A DNA stretch of 64,000 nt. It comes from Monocercomonoides exilis PA203 (taxonomy: Eukaryota; Protista; Preaxostyla). Every line of letters starts with the position of its first letter. Position 1 is the first letter of the stretch. The stretch covers positions 248,001-312,000 of the forward strand of contig LSRY02000052.1 of NCBI GenBank assembly GCA_001643675.2. The letters run 5' to 3'. Shown one piece after another: positions 35,778 to 48,437 of the stretch. Below the pieces are notes generated by a model. The model was not told the origin of the DNA. It was given only the letters and a program-made list of their open reading frames with translations, and ran no database searches. Both the position numbers and the translations under genes were made by a program.

Positions 35778-35831
35778 AAAATTTTCTGTAATGGCATCAT
35801 TTAATCGAAAAAAGGGACTATTAATTTTTCA
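35778..35831. promoter_or_regulatory. Candidate 54-bp bidirectional promoter (eIF2B-gamma / acyl-CoA synthetase)
   Basis: Divergent ATGs at 35777 and 35832. Confidence 0.5.
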
Positions 35832-37820
35832 ATGGATTCTTCTTCTTCAACGAAGGTGGAATCGCAAACAGGTGTTTATAGCTTTGCTTAATTTTTAATT
35901 TAATAAGGTTTTCTTAATTTTATTTTATCATAGAAGCATCCAGTTCTTCAGAAAGCATTGTTTCTGAAACCCCAATTTATACTTGTCCATTTCGCCCTGA
36001 CAAGTCAAAACCTACCGCAACAAGATACAAAGAAAATTGTGAAACATTGTGCGACCATATACGTGAAAGTGTTGCAAAATGGCCGGACCACCCGTGTATG
36101 GGTAACAGAGTTAAGCTTCCAAATGGAAAATTCGGAGACTATTCGTGGATAACATTTAAACAACTTTGGAAGAATGTCGAAGATATAGGTAGCGCTCTTG
36201 TTGCTTTGGGATGTAAAAAGAAAGATCGTATTGGCGTGATGTCAATTACTTGCACAGAGTTTATGACGATGGACATTACTCTAATGACATATGGTTTCTG
36301 CTCTGTTCCGCTCTACACATCACTTGGACCAGAGGCTGTGCCATATGCTATTAATCATTCGAATACTCGTATTGTATTTGTCAGTACTGATCTTTTCCCT
36401 GTTATCAAAAAAGCTGCTCGGTGCTGCCCCAATTTGAAGGCTGTTGTTGTTTTTGGACATGGAGCAGCAGAGCTCTCAAAGGACTTCCCGCCTCGTGATT
36501 TTTCAGTTTTGTCACGTATTGAAGAAGATGACCACGACTATTTCTCTGAAACGTATGATCCTACTGATCCTACAACTCACAATAATGGATTAAGTGCAGC
36601 ACCAGATCCTCAAGAAGAATTCAAAAAGTTTACTGGAAAATTGGGAACCCTGTATGGTCTTCCCATTCAACCTTTGGTGGAAGAAGAGGATGGAACAACA
36701 AATGATTCAGGCAAAGCGGCTGAATCTTCTTCAGCCACTCCAGAAAGTTCATCTTCATCTTCAGCTTCAGCTTCTTCCTCTTCTACCGACTCCACATCTG
36801 CCTCATCTCAGCCACTTAGCAATCTCCACTATCGTTTATTCACATGGGATGAGATTGTTGCACATGGAGCCAAGAACCATGTTGAAGCCGAAAGGCCCAA
36901 GTCAGATGATATCTTGTCTATTATGTACACCTCTGGAACAACTGGTGTTCCAAAGGGAGTTATTCTGAAGAACTCAAATCTTCTTTCCACTGTGACGGCA
37001 GGCTTTATTGCTGGGATGGATGTGTTCACACCAGAAGATTCGTACTATGCGTATCTTCCTTTGGCGCATGTGTTTGAGAGGCTGATTGAGTATGCCCTGC
37101 TTATCATGGGCTCGAAAATAGGATATTACTCTGGCGACACCAGAGAATTGGTAGCGGAAATTAACGTGCTGAAGCCTACGCTATTTGTTGGGGTGCCCAG
37201 AATATTAAACAGGGTGTATGAGAGCTTTGTTGCGGGAGTGGAGAAGATGGGAGGTTGTGCCAGGGGTATTTTCAACACTTGCTTTGACAAGAAGAAGAAA
37301 GCGCACAAGGAGAACCGAAACGACACTCCGTGGCTGGACAAGCTTGTGTTCAACAAGACGAAGGAGAAGCTTGGCGGGAAGCTTGTGTTTGTGATGTGTG
37401 GCTCAGCGCCTCTGAACCCGAAGGTGCACGAGTATCTGCAGTGTGTGCTGTCTCTCCCCATCCAGTGTGGCTACAGCATGACTGAGACGACCTGCTCGGG
37501 GGCTATTCCAAAGTACCCGGCATTCAACACGTTCGGCCACTGCGGCCCAGTCATGTCTTCGGTGGAGACGAAACTGGTGTCTGTGCCAGAGATGGACTAT
37601 GATGCAGCGAGAAGAGAAGGGGAGATCCTGATGAGAGGGCCTGCTGTGTTCCACGGGTATTTCAGAGACCCCTGGCAGAGCAGAGAGGCATTCACAGAGG
37701 ACGGGTTTGTGAAGTCTGGGGACATTGGGCGATTTGATGAAGAAGGAAATCTTTATGTTGTAGACAGGAAGAAGAACATATTCAAGCTGGCTCAAGGAGA
37801 ATATATCGCGTATGGATCAT

Positions 37821-37895
<75 letters not shown>

Positions 37896-37903
37896 TTTTT
37901 CGA

Positions 37904-37940
<37 letters not shown>

Positions 37941-38356
37941 CAATGAATTACAATCATTTCAGTCCTGAAGTGACAGAAGCTGTGTATCTTCGAAGCGAAT
38001 ATGTTGAGCAGGTCTTTGTTCACGGTGAGTCCGAATGGAGGTATTCGGTTGCGTTGGTGTGTCCTCGTGCAGCCACTGTGCAAAAGTGGGCAGAAGCAGC
38101 GCATCCTGAATGGAAAGGAGTGGAATGGAGCGAGTTGACTCAAAAACCGGAGCTGAAGAAAATGCTTTTGCAAGAATTGACAATGGTTGGAAAAGCTGCT
38201 GGTCTCAATTCATATCAGATGGCTCATAATATTATTGTGATGGATAAGCCGTTTTCTGAGGAATACGTTACACCATCGCTCAAACTCAAGCGCTTCCTTA
38301 TCATTAAGAATTACAGAAATGCTCTGACAAATTGCTATTCTGAAATTCAGGCGTAA
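35832..38356 (+). CDS. Long-chain fatty acyl-CoA synthetase
   Basis: IMYTSGTTGVPKGV; YLPLAHVFER; GYSMTET; SGDIG; DRKKNIFKLAQGEYIA|PE. Introns at ~35872-35933 and 37810-37962. Confidence 0.95.
37819..37936 (+). repeat. (ATTT)~19 microsatellite followed by poly(T) in an acyl-CoA synthetase intron
   Basis: Read directly from the sequence. Confidence 0.95.
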
Positions 38357-38923
38357 TTCTTCTTTTTTCACTCATTCATGTCGAATTTAATTTTTAATTT
38401 TTGAAATGTATTTTTTTCTTTGTAAAGGATTTTGTTCTTTTTACAATTTATTTTCATAATTAAGTATGTTTCAATAGTGATCGAATTCCCTTTTTTAATT
38501 TCAGTATTCATGGAAATAGAAAAATCAGGCTGTGAAAACGAAGAAACGAATATTAAGAATGAATCGAACATGTATTTTCATGTTTTTTTAATAATGCTCT
38601 TTTTTAAATATTTATAATTTTCATTCTTTTAGAACAGACGAAAACCTTTCAGTGTTATTGAATGAAACATTGCAAGATCTCGGAATGTTGTTACATGATC
38701 TTGATTATCTTAATCAAGAAGCTCAAAAGTCATGAAGATTATGGAAGTGTAACATTAAAAACCGCCTGAAAAATTATCATTAAACGAAGAAAATATATTT
38801 ATCGATGAACTTTCTCTTTAAGAACAATAATCACATGAAAATAGCGCTGCCATATAGCCTGTTGCATACGTTTTTTTAATCATTTCATTTCCTATGAAGT
38901 TATTACTTTTTCTCAGAGTAAGC

Positions 38924-40654
38924 TCATTTTATTTTATGTGAATGATGATGAGTGCTGTGGTGATGCCTAGAGTGATGAGATCTTTCTTTTGAATGTGATT
39001 TATCTCTTTTCATTTCATGATCATGTGATCTATGATGCTTTCGAATAGATGTTGGCGAAGATGATTCTGATTCAGTTGATGATGCATTATCATCTTTCTT
39101 TTTTGAATTTGCTTGTTCTGATGACAGTGTACCCCATCTACTAACTCGGACGGAAGTTCTAGAATGTTCGCGTCCGCTTTCTCTTTTGGGTTCGAATCTT
39201 GAAGAATTTTTGCGTTCTTTTTCCTTTAAAGCTCGAAGGCGCCTTTTGACTTCTTCCACATGGCGTGTAATTGAAGCTAACATGAAGGAAAAAAAGAAAA
39301 GTACAACACGAAAAATATGTGATGATACAAAATTTCAGCAAACGTATGTATTTTTGTCTTGAAACGCTTTGACTAAAATCTACAAGGATGCGCCTGTCGT
39401 CTATAAGACAATTGTTCATTGCAAAATATGCTGCTTCACACTAAAATCCAAAAAAATGTTCATGAAATAGCAGTGGTTCCATTAAAATGTATTGTTAAAA
39501 AAAGGACAAACATCTGCCTTCTTTTCAAATTCGATAAATGCATAGCATTTTGACTTGTGTGATATTGGATCCCGAACAACATCACATTTTGTAATTGCAC
39601 CAAAACGGGAAAAAATCAGAGTTAGTCCTTCTTCATCGGTAACAGGGTTGAGTTTGCAAACAAATAAAGTTCGCTCAGGAGGTTTTACAGATGCATCTGG
39701 TAAATCTCCAAGCTGTAGCATCCAATATGGAAATGTCAAAAAGACAGAAGATAAAAAACTGAATTTTTAAAAAACAATTTTGTATGAAAATTCAAACAAT
39801 TTCCAATGCAACTGCATTTGAACGGGCTGTTTGAGCGGCAATGCGTTCAACTTCCATTTCTTCTTTTTCAGGACCTTCTTCATCAACATCTTCGTAATCT
39901 TCAGGAAGATAGTCCTGATTGAAAGATAAAAGTTACGTTAAAAGGAAATTAGTTGTCATTTATAAATATTTTCAAACTAAATATTTTTTTGGTTCAATTA
40001 TTGGAGAAGAAGGAGGAACCAAAGCAATCATTCCAGGCAAATCTGCAAAAGGATCAAAAAGAACGATGGTGTGATAGATTCTCATATTCTGAATTGGTTT
40101 TCTTTTTTCATCAACTATCATTTCGTTCATTTCCATTAAAACATCTATTCCTTCAACAACTTGACCAAATATAGTATAAATTCCATCAAGAGATGCAAGG
40201 TTCTCATCGAGTGTAATGAAAAACTGAGATGCATTTTCATTCTCTTTTCCATGTGCCATTGAAACAGTTCCTATTTTTTCATGACGAAGTAAAGGACTAA
40301 TTTCATCTTTGAAAAAACGTTTTTCTGGACCTTCCAAAATTCTTTTGAAAAATAAAATATGAAATAAAAAAAAAGCAATTGAATTCATGCCCCCAAATAG
40401 ATTCTCCACCAGTCCCTGTGCCCGTTGGATCTCCTGTTTGAATTGTAAAGTTCTGCCGAAGTTGATGAAATATGCAACAATTATAATACTTCAGTTTGCA
40501 CAATTTTAGAAAATTTAAGCATGTCTTTGGACAAATTGTATGATGCAAATCAATAACAATGTCCCCTTTTGAAGTTTCTAAAAGTACACTGAACAAAATA
40601 AAATAAAGCATTGATATGCTCATTATAAAAAGATATAACGCAATCAAACCTCAT
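38924..40654 (-). CDS. PPIL4: Cyclophilin-RRM protein PPIL4/CYP59
   Basis: MS|[14 protein letters not shown]...[12 protein letters not shown]...[17 protein letters not shown]; [18 protein letters not shown]...[19 protein letters not shown]. Confidence 0.93.
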
Positions 40655-40726
40655 TTTGATCTTATGTTAACCATATCAAAATTTTCATATATTTGATCAT
40701 TCATTTTTTTGAAAAGTTGGACATTG
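40655..40726. promoter_or_regulatory. Candidate 72-bp bidirectional promoter (PPIL4/LAS1) with TGATCT and central palindromic TGATCA
   Basis: Divergent ATGs at 40654 and 40727; TGATCA at 40694-40699. Confidence 0.55.
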
Positions 40727-42684
40727 ATGATGGTATTTGCGTATTTTATTCGATTTTATTTTCTGTTGTTCAATATGTGTGAATTTTTTGTGTTGATTTC
40801 TCTCCTTAGTGTCGTGTTTTTTCGTCAACACCATATTGTTCATGGGAAGAATGGAATAAAGTTCGTAGAGGATTATTTTACGAAACCTCACCAGAAAAAA
40901 TTAGAGAGTCGATCGATTCAATGAAAATATGGGATTCAAGACAAATTCTATCACATTCTATTTTCTCAACTTATAAAATAGCTTCTCTTCTTGTAGATAT
41001 TGAAAATTTACCGCAAAATAGTCCACATACTTCAACGATTTCATATTCTTTGGCCATGGTTCTTGTAAGGTTAGCTATTTACTTTCTTTTGAAGTTTTAC
41101 GGAAAAAAATTTTTTTTGTGATGATTTTTCAGACTTGTAAATGGTCTTGTTGATAAAGTGCAACAAGGCTCCCAACCTTTAGCAGTTGCAATGATGGCAC
41201 GCAAAATTGGACTCCCTGTGTCTCTTGTTGATCAGAGGCACGAAGCTACTCACGGTTCACTACCTCCTCTTCCAACTCTTGTAACATTCGCAAAGAAAAG
41301 TCTTCTGTGGCTAAAGCAACATGCATGGGACTCACAGTCATTGCTCATTCGGGAGAAACGTGTTCAATGTTGGAAATTTCTTATGTGGTATTGCTTTCCA
41401 TTGAAATGTCACATTCCGGCTGAAGCAAAAAAAGTCAAGCGAAGCAGAGATGAGATTGGTTGTGGGGAATTAAAGAAGAAAAACGGATTATCAGAAGAAA
41501 ACATATTTGAAAATTTTAATTCGCTTGGAATTGGTTGGGATGGGATAGTTCATCATTTTTTGCCTTTGCTCCTTCATTTATTGTATCATTCATCTATCGC
41601 AGAACAACATGATATAACCACTTCGCCTTTTCTTTCTCTAACTTCTTTTATTGATGCATTCGGAAATTGTACTGTGACTTGCGACTCAACTTCATCAACT
41701 TCTGATGTTAGCATGTCAAATCAGACACAGAAAACGAAAAAAAAAGGAACGTTCTTTGAACTTCAGGATCCGCTTCCACCACTTCGTCACTTTGACTTTC
41801 TGCTTTCTTTGCTTATCGATCTGTACCCATCTATCTCCCCATTCCTCCTTTTCTCCATTTCACGTGTAATTCGTTTCACTTCACCTGACACTTCGACTCA
41901 GCTAAAACTTTCGAACCTTCTTACAATGCTTCGCTCTGTCATCCGCTGCACCATTGCTTCTTCGTCATTCTCTTCGGCTTCTCTCTCTTGTTATCCTCTC
42001 TTCTTCTCTCTCCCGCACTCTGCTTTCATTCGCGTCCTCAAGGACATCCTAGCACAGCCTTTGTTTTTTGCCTCAATTTTTGTGCGACCTCAGGCGAATT
42101 CTCTTTCTTTTTCATGTTCTGTTGATCAGAGAATGTTTGTACCTTATTTAAAAGAAGTGTTTCTGCTCGCTTCTTCTTTGTTTCCTGATCTAATGCAATT
42201 GTCTTCTTCAAATTCTTCTTCTTCTTCTTCTTCTTCTTCTATGAGCATTTCACTTGCACAGACATCTGAAAGCGATAAAGACAAGCAATCTCAAGCATTC
42301 GATGAGTCCACAACTCTGTTTCATCCGCTCCTTCAGTTTCTGATGAACTCTTCTCCTCTGTTTGCTCATTCTCAGCCTTTCAATTCTGCTCGTTTATTGA
42401 GTCCTCCTTCAGGAAACCCTTTTGCTCCACCCTCAATCACACCAGACAAACCTGCCCAGCCCTCTTCACCTCCAGCATCTGCCATCGTCGGTCCGCTAGC
42501 TGTGCTGCTTGAGCAGCAGCGGAAGCAGCCTATTTACATTGACGAGACGCTGAGCACGCTGCAAGTTGTCAGCTTGTGTGGAGGGTGGAAAGATGCAAAG
42601 GGAGACATCGAATGGATGGAGACTCCGCTCTGTGGGAAACAGAAGAGTGAGCATAATGTCCTCCGTTTTGCTTCAATTATATAA
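40727..42684 (+). CDS. LAS1: Las1 pre-rRNA endoribonuclease (HEPN)
   Basis: PYCSWEEWNKV; YSLAMVLVR|LVNGLVD; IGLPVSLVDQRHEATHGSLP (RHxxTH HEPN motif); C-terminal W...P.G. Confidence 0.85.
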
Positions 42685-43007
42685 CCAAACGCACTTCATG
42701 AAATATCCAATTCATTTTGCTTGTGTTGATTTTGATTTTTATAAAAATATTATTATTATTATTAAATTACATTTGCGATATCTCAAAACAAAAATAAAGA
42801 AGAAGAAAAGAGTCTTTCTCACAGTAATGCCTCTCTTTTGAAGAAACAGGAATAAAAGATATATCATTAAAAAAATAAAAACGATTGTAAATTAAAATGA
42901 TAGGGAAGCTCGAAAGAAATATACAGGAAGCGAAAGTGAGATGCAGATGAGGAAAAAAAAATTATAGGAATGACAAACACATTTGAAATAGCGCTCATCC
43001 CAAATCA

Positions 43008-46000
43008 TCACGAGAACAGATCATCTTCGTCATCATCGTCTTGGAACAGCGCAGTCTTCGGGGCGATTGATGGAGACGCCTTCGGAGATGGGCGTGGAGA
43101 TGCCTTTGGAGATGCCCTTGGAGTGGATTTGGAAGAAGCCAATGTGCGAGCGGGCGTTGGACTCGACTTCGGAACAAAAAGCTCATCCTCGTCGATCTCC
43201 TCTTCCTCCTCTTTCTTTTGCTGAGAAGTTGTCTGTTTAGCTTCTTCTTTGTCGTCCTCTTTGCTTTCGTCCTCTCCAAAGAGTGATGTCGAAGAATGAG
43301 TATTTGTATCGTTGTATCCAGCTGCTGCCTTCGAAGATGTCATCGAAGAGAGAAACATATTGTCTTCTTCGTTTTCTTCGTCTGAATTGTCAGATGTGCC
43401 GCTTTTAGCTGCCTGCTGTTTTGGTGGCGGCGATGGTGATTTTTGTACAGCTGTAGCTGCAGATGCTGCTCCCTGAGTGAATATGTCATCTTCTCCATCT
43501 TCACTTTCAGATTCTCCAAACAAACTTGTCTTTCCTTCGTCTTTTGCGGCTTTTGCTTTGCTCTCTTCTTTCTTCTCTTCTTTTGCTTCTTCTTCTTCCT
43601 CGTCACTTGGCAGATCCACATCCAGCTCTTCCACTTCTGGTTCTCCAAATATTGACTCTGATGCCTTTTGTGCCTTTTCTCCTTCTTCTTTTGCTTTCTC
43701 TTCTTTCTTTGGTGTCTGTTTTGGTTGAGCAAAGATATCTTCTTCATCTTCACCCTCTTCTTGGTCAAACAGCGATGCTTTAGCGTCAGCTGGTTTTGTT
43801 TGAATTCCTTCTTTTTCCTCTGCTTTCTCTTCATCCTTGTCCTCTTTCTTTCCTTCAGCGTCTGCCAACAAACCTCCTTCCTCTGCATTCTCCGCCTGCT
43901 TGTCTGTCTTTTCTGATGCTTCTTCTTTTTCGTCATCAAACTGGCTTGTCTCATTCTGGTAGCTTTGCTCTTTCTTCTCTGCTCCTGAAGTGAATAGATC
44001 GTCTTCGTCTTTGACCTCTTCATTTTCTGCCTTTGTTGCTTTCTCGCTTTCTTTCTCTTCTTCTCCTTCTCCTTCGTCAAATTGAGCGGGTTTTGCTGCT
44101 TCCTCGTTTTCAGCTCCTTCTGCTTTAGGCTTCTCTGATTCGTCAACAGCTGCATTTTCGCCTTGTTCTGTTTGTTCGGATGGCTTAACTTCTGCTTCTT
44201 CAGCTGAATGTTCTCCCTCTTCCTTCTCATTCTCGGTTTTTTCTGCATTTCCTTCTTGTTCTTTTTTATCAGCTGCTTCTTCGCCATCTTTCTCCTTCTT
44301 CTCTTCTTTCTCCTCTTCCGATTCTTTCTCTTCCTTCTTCTTCTCCGCCTTCTCTTCTTCCTTCTCATTTGCACTTCCTTCCTCTTCCTCTTCCTCATCT
44401 TCCTCATCTTCTTCCTCTTCCTCATCCAGTGCATCTTTAATCTCCTCTGCCATCGATGATGCCACATCCCTCACTGCATTCTTCACTTCTGTCAGAATAT
44501 CGTCTCGTTTGTATGACTCTTCGTCCTCGTCTTCATCTGCCTCCACAAACGACTGCTCTGCCAGCTGCCGGAAAAGCATCCCCAAGCTCTGCTTCACCAT
44601 CGTCTGCGACCGCTTCGCCCACCCAACACGCACCTCGTGCCTCTTCTTCTTCTCCTCTTTCTTCACACGCCTCGCTGCCTCCTTCGCAATCGCTGCTTTC
44701 TGCTCTTCGCTCACCGCAGAACCTGCTTCTCCTGATGATGATGCTGATGCGCTTTCTCCTTCAACTCCTCCTTCTGCTGCTTCTTCTCCTGCTGTCTGCC
44801 CCAGAAGATGTCCCACCCTCTTCCTGGCGTCTCTTTCCTTCTCCAATCTTTCCTTCTCCTTCTGTGCTCTTTCCGTCTCGTCTCTCAGCAGCGCTCTTTC
44901 TGTCTCCCACTGCTGCCTTTCCGCTGCAAATCTTGCATCGCTCTCTCTCACAATGAACTCCTTCGCCTTCTCCACCTCCAGCTGTATCTCTGGCACTGCC
45001 ATCCGCGCCTGCTGCAGCTCTTCTCTCAGCTGATCCACCTCAGCCGTCTTCTCCCTCAGCGCCGACTCGGCTGCTGCCTTTTCAGTCTCCAATCTTTCTC
45101 TCTCTGTGCTGTATGACCCTTCCTTCGTCTCCAGCAGGATACGATAGCGCTGCGCCACATCGCTTGCTGCCTCTCTGTCTTTCTCTGTCTCCTCCTTCAG
45201 CTCAATCAGCTCGTTCATCGCTGCCTCTTTCGCCACACGCGCACTCTCTGCCTCCTCTCCCCGCTGTGCCGCCAACTTCGTCAGTCTTTCGTGGTCTTCC
45301 TGCAGCGCAACCAGCTGCTCTGCTGTTTCCTTGTGCTTCGTCTGCAGCACTGCCAGTTCTGCTGTCACTGTCGCCTTCTCAATCACTGCATCACATCGTT
45401 GCTGATGCTCTTCGGCTGCCTTCTGCCGCTCAGCTTCCAGCTCGTCTCGCACTTCTGCTATTGTCGCTGTCAGCTCAGCCACAATACGCTTCTGCATCTC
45501 CCTCTCTCTCTGCAGCTGCTCCACTGATGACACAACAGTCTGCCTCTCTCTCTCCATCGTGCGCCTCTTCTCTTCTTCTTCTTCCTGAAGACGCTTCTCC
45601 AGACGGTGCAGATGCTCCACGTGGAGTGCATTGTCCTTCGCCAGACGCTCGTTCTCATCGACAATCGCGTGAAGTGTGGATAGAAGAGTGACTGATGAGA
45701 CCTCGCCGTCTGAATAGAATGAATTTAAATGCAAAATAAAGAAGAGATAAATTCAGGTTAGTCATTCAAATTAATAAAACAATAAAAAGAAAAATAGGAA
45801 AAAAAAAAGAAACGAAATGAAAAAGTGAACAATAATAAAAAAACAATGAAGCATACTTGGCACTTTTCCAGTCAAAACAGAGAGTCTTTGGTTCAAGTCG
45901 TCCAGCTGGTTGATAAGAGACTGTTCTTTCTCTGTGGCAACAGGAATGTGCTTAGCAGAAGAAGAAGAAGAAGCACTCAATGCAGAGTCAGCAAATAGAA

Positions 46001-48140
46001 CTTCTGAATCTGGTTGTTCAGCTGCCTTGCCTTTCTTCCCTTTCTTCAAAGAAGCCGCTCCTGTTTTCTTTCCCTTTGTTGGCGCCTTCTTCTTCCTCGG
46101 CTTTGCAGCTGCCTGTGCCTGCAGCATGAATGGGTTCATGAAGGGAGAAAAGCCCATGCCGCCCATCATCATCGGGTTCATCATCATCGCCATCTGCATC
46201 GGATCCATCCCCATCCCCATCCCCATTCCCATCTGATCTCCATTCATTCCATTCATTCCTGGCATTCCAGCAATTCCACCCATTGGCATCTGCCCCATAA
46301 ATGAAAAATCGGTTCCGAATGGAGAAGCCATCGAAGCAAACGAGGCTGAAGATGATTGTGCACCTGCTGCAGCACCACCAGCAGCTGTGTTTGAAGCATC
46401 TGTTTTCGCTTCGCCTGATGCTGCTTCAGTTGCTTGCTGAGAAGAAGAAGGTCCAGATGAAGATGAGGCAGAAGCAGAAGCAGAAGTGCTGCCAGCTTCT
46501 TCAGCTGTTCCTTGTGCCGATGTTGCAGCAGCATTAGAAGCAGCAGCTGTAGCCGCTTCAGCTTTCTTCTTTCTTCTTTCTTCGTTTCCTTCGTCATCGC
46601 TGTCCTCCGAGTTGCTGTCGTCATCCACCATGCGGCTGGCCAGATGTGAGCTCATCATGTTGATGATAGACGCTGATGGGTGCATCATCTCTGACCCATC
46701 ACCATTCGAGTTCGGGTCGTAAATAAGCCCAGCTGCCTCCTCAGAGCTTGAGATGGTCGTCGCTGCTGCCACCGCAGCTGCTGCATCTTCTGCTGTGCTT
46801 CCTTGTGCAATACGCCCTGCCTGCGACAGCGCTGCCATTCTCTTTTTGAGTGCCAGTTTCTTTTTGTCTTCTTCGCTGAGGTCGCTGAAGAGCCCTTCGT
46901 CTTCTGTGCTGCTTGAGGGTGTGAGTGGGACTAATGTGTTGGCCACAGCCTGCTGAGCTGCCTGAAGTGCAGGTGAAGATGTGTGTGCTGCTGCTGCGGC
47001 GGCTGCGGCTGGCAGCTGAGGCAGCAACGAATTCACATCCTGTTTGATCTGCTCCAGCATTTTGTCTTTCACTGAACGTATTTTCGCATCCTGTGCTGTC
47101 AAGTCAAGCTTCTTGTTTTCGAGGTCTCGTTTGATTCCGCTCAGAATAATCTCCACAACAATACACGGCTCTTTTGCTGTGCCCACCACGTCTCTAGTCA
47201 AAGATGCTGCCTTCACGTACTTTTCGAGCTCTGGTAAATGCTCCAAGTTCGCCTGCCCTTTGAGCGCGCTTAGTGGAATTAACGCTTTTCTCTTTTCCTC
47301 TTTCTTCATTCCCACAAACGTATATTCGATTGTAGACGCTGTTTCATTCTTTCCAAGCGTCATCTTGAACATATTCTCTCCTCCGTCAAATCTGTCTAAT
47401 TCCTCTCCGGCTTCAAAGCTTTCATTATTTCGTTGGCCACTTAGCTTGGATATTATTAAGGTTGCTCCGATAAAATCTCCAGGAAGAATTTGCCAATTTC
47501 CTTTCCCAGCAGAAACGGTGATTATGGGAATAAGTTCGCCTTGAGTTCCTTCTTTTTTCGCCATTGTTGCAGCCAATTTTGCTTTATATTCAGCCATCTG
47601 TTGCTTTATTTGCTTTACTGTATCTTCGAGTTTCTTTGCTTCTTCAGCACTAGAAAATTGTACAGACCAAGCAACTTTCGCCTTGTCTCTGAAAGATGCA
47701 AAACGCTCGCTTTGAATAGTAACAGAAAATGAATTTTCAGAAATATCTTCGTTCACAAATGTTTCTCCAACTGGTTGGGCGGTCTTAAAAATCTTAAAAA
47801 CATAAAATGGTTGAGTTGCGTTTCGAACAATTGTTACTGCAAGAGTTCCTCGTGGTTCATACTGAGTTGAAACACTAAATAATATATTGAAATATTCATA
47901 AAGAATTGTCAACTTTCGAAGTGCGATAACAGCTTTGTTCATACTATTCAAAAACAACTGCTTGGGAGTAAAACAGTTGAATAACTTGTGCAGATTGCTC
48001 AGATGAAGCTGTTGCACTCTTAGAAAAAATGAGTTCATCAAATCACAAGCCATTTCGAAATTTATCGTAAAAGCAATAATTAAATAAAGTATTAAAATAA
48101 AGCAACAAAAATTCAATTTTCAAAACGTGTTTCAAACCAT
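43008..48140 (-). CDS. FKBP15-like protein (WH1/PH-like, degenerate FKBP, coiled coil, acidic LF-motif tail)
   Basis: FEYVSTQYEPRGTLAVTIV...FASFRDKAKVAWSVQFSSAEEAKKL (cf. FKBP15 YSTFYDDQRQNWSIMFESEKAAVEF); FKBP-like KMTLGKNE...VGMKKEEKRKALIP. An intron at ~45712-45856 joins the two long ORFs. Confidence 0.75.
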
Positions 48141-48437
48141 TAAAAACCTGTATCAAAACAACAAATATATTTGATCGTTGTTAGCCCATGATTCGATTTG
48201 AAAATCAACAATATCGAGATTTTCATCGAAACATTTCAGAACTTGATTTGAAATGATTATATCAAAGATGGAAATAGCATGAAATCATTTGACCATCATA
48301 TTTTTTCTCACAATTAGACATAACCCTTTATAGTTCGTGACATCCAAAAGATATAATCAATTGTTTGTTATTAAACAAGAGTTTTTTAAGTATTTTTGCA
48401 ACATAATTCTAAATAATTAATTAATCAGATCTTTTTT

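Noticed and set aside
43340-44467. 375-aa Lys/Arg-rich ORF
   Set aside because: Alternative frame of a purine-rich acidic coding region.
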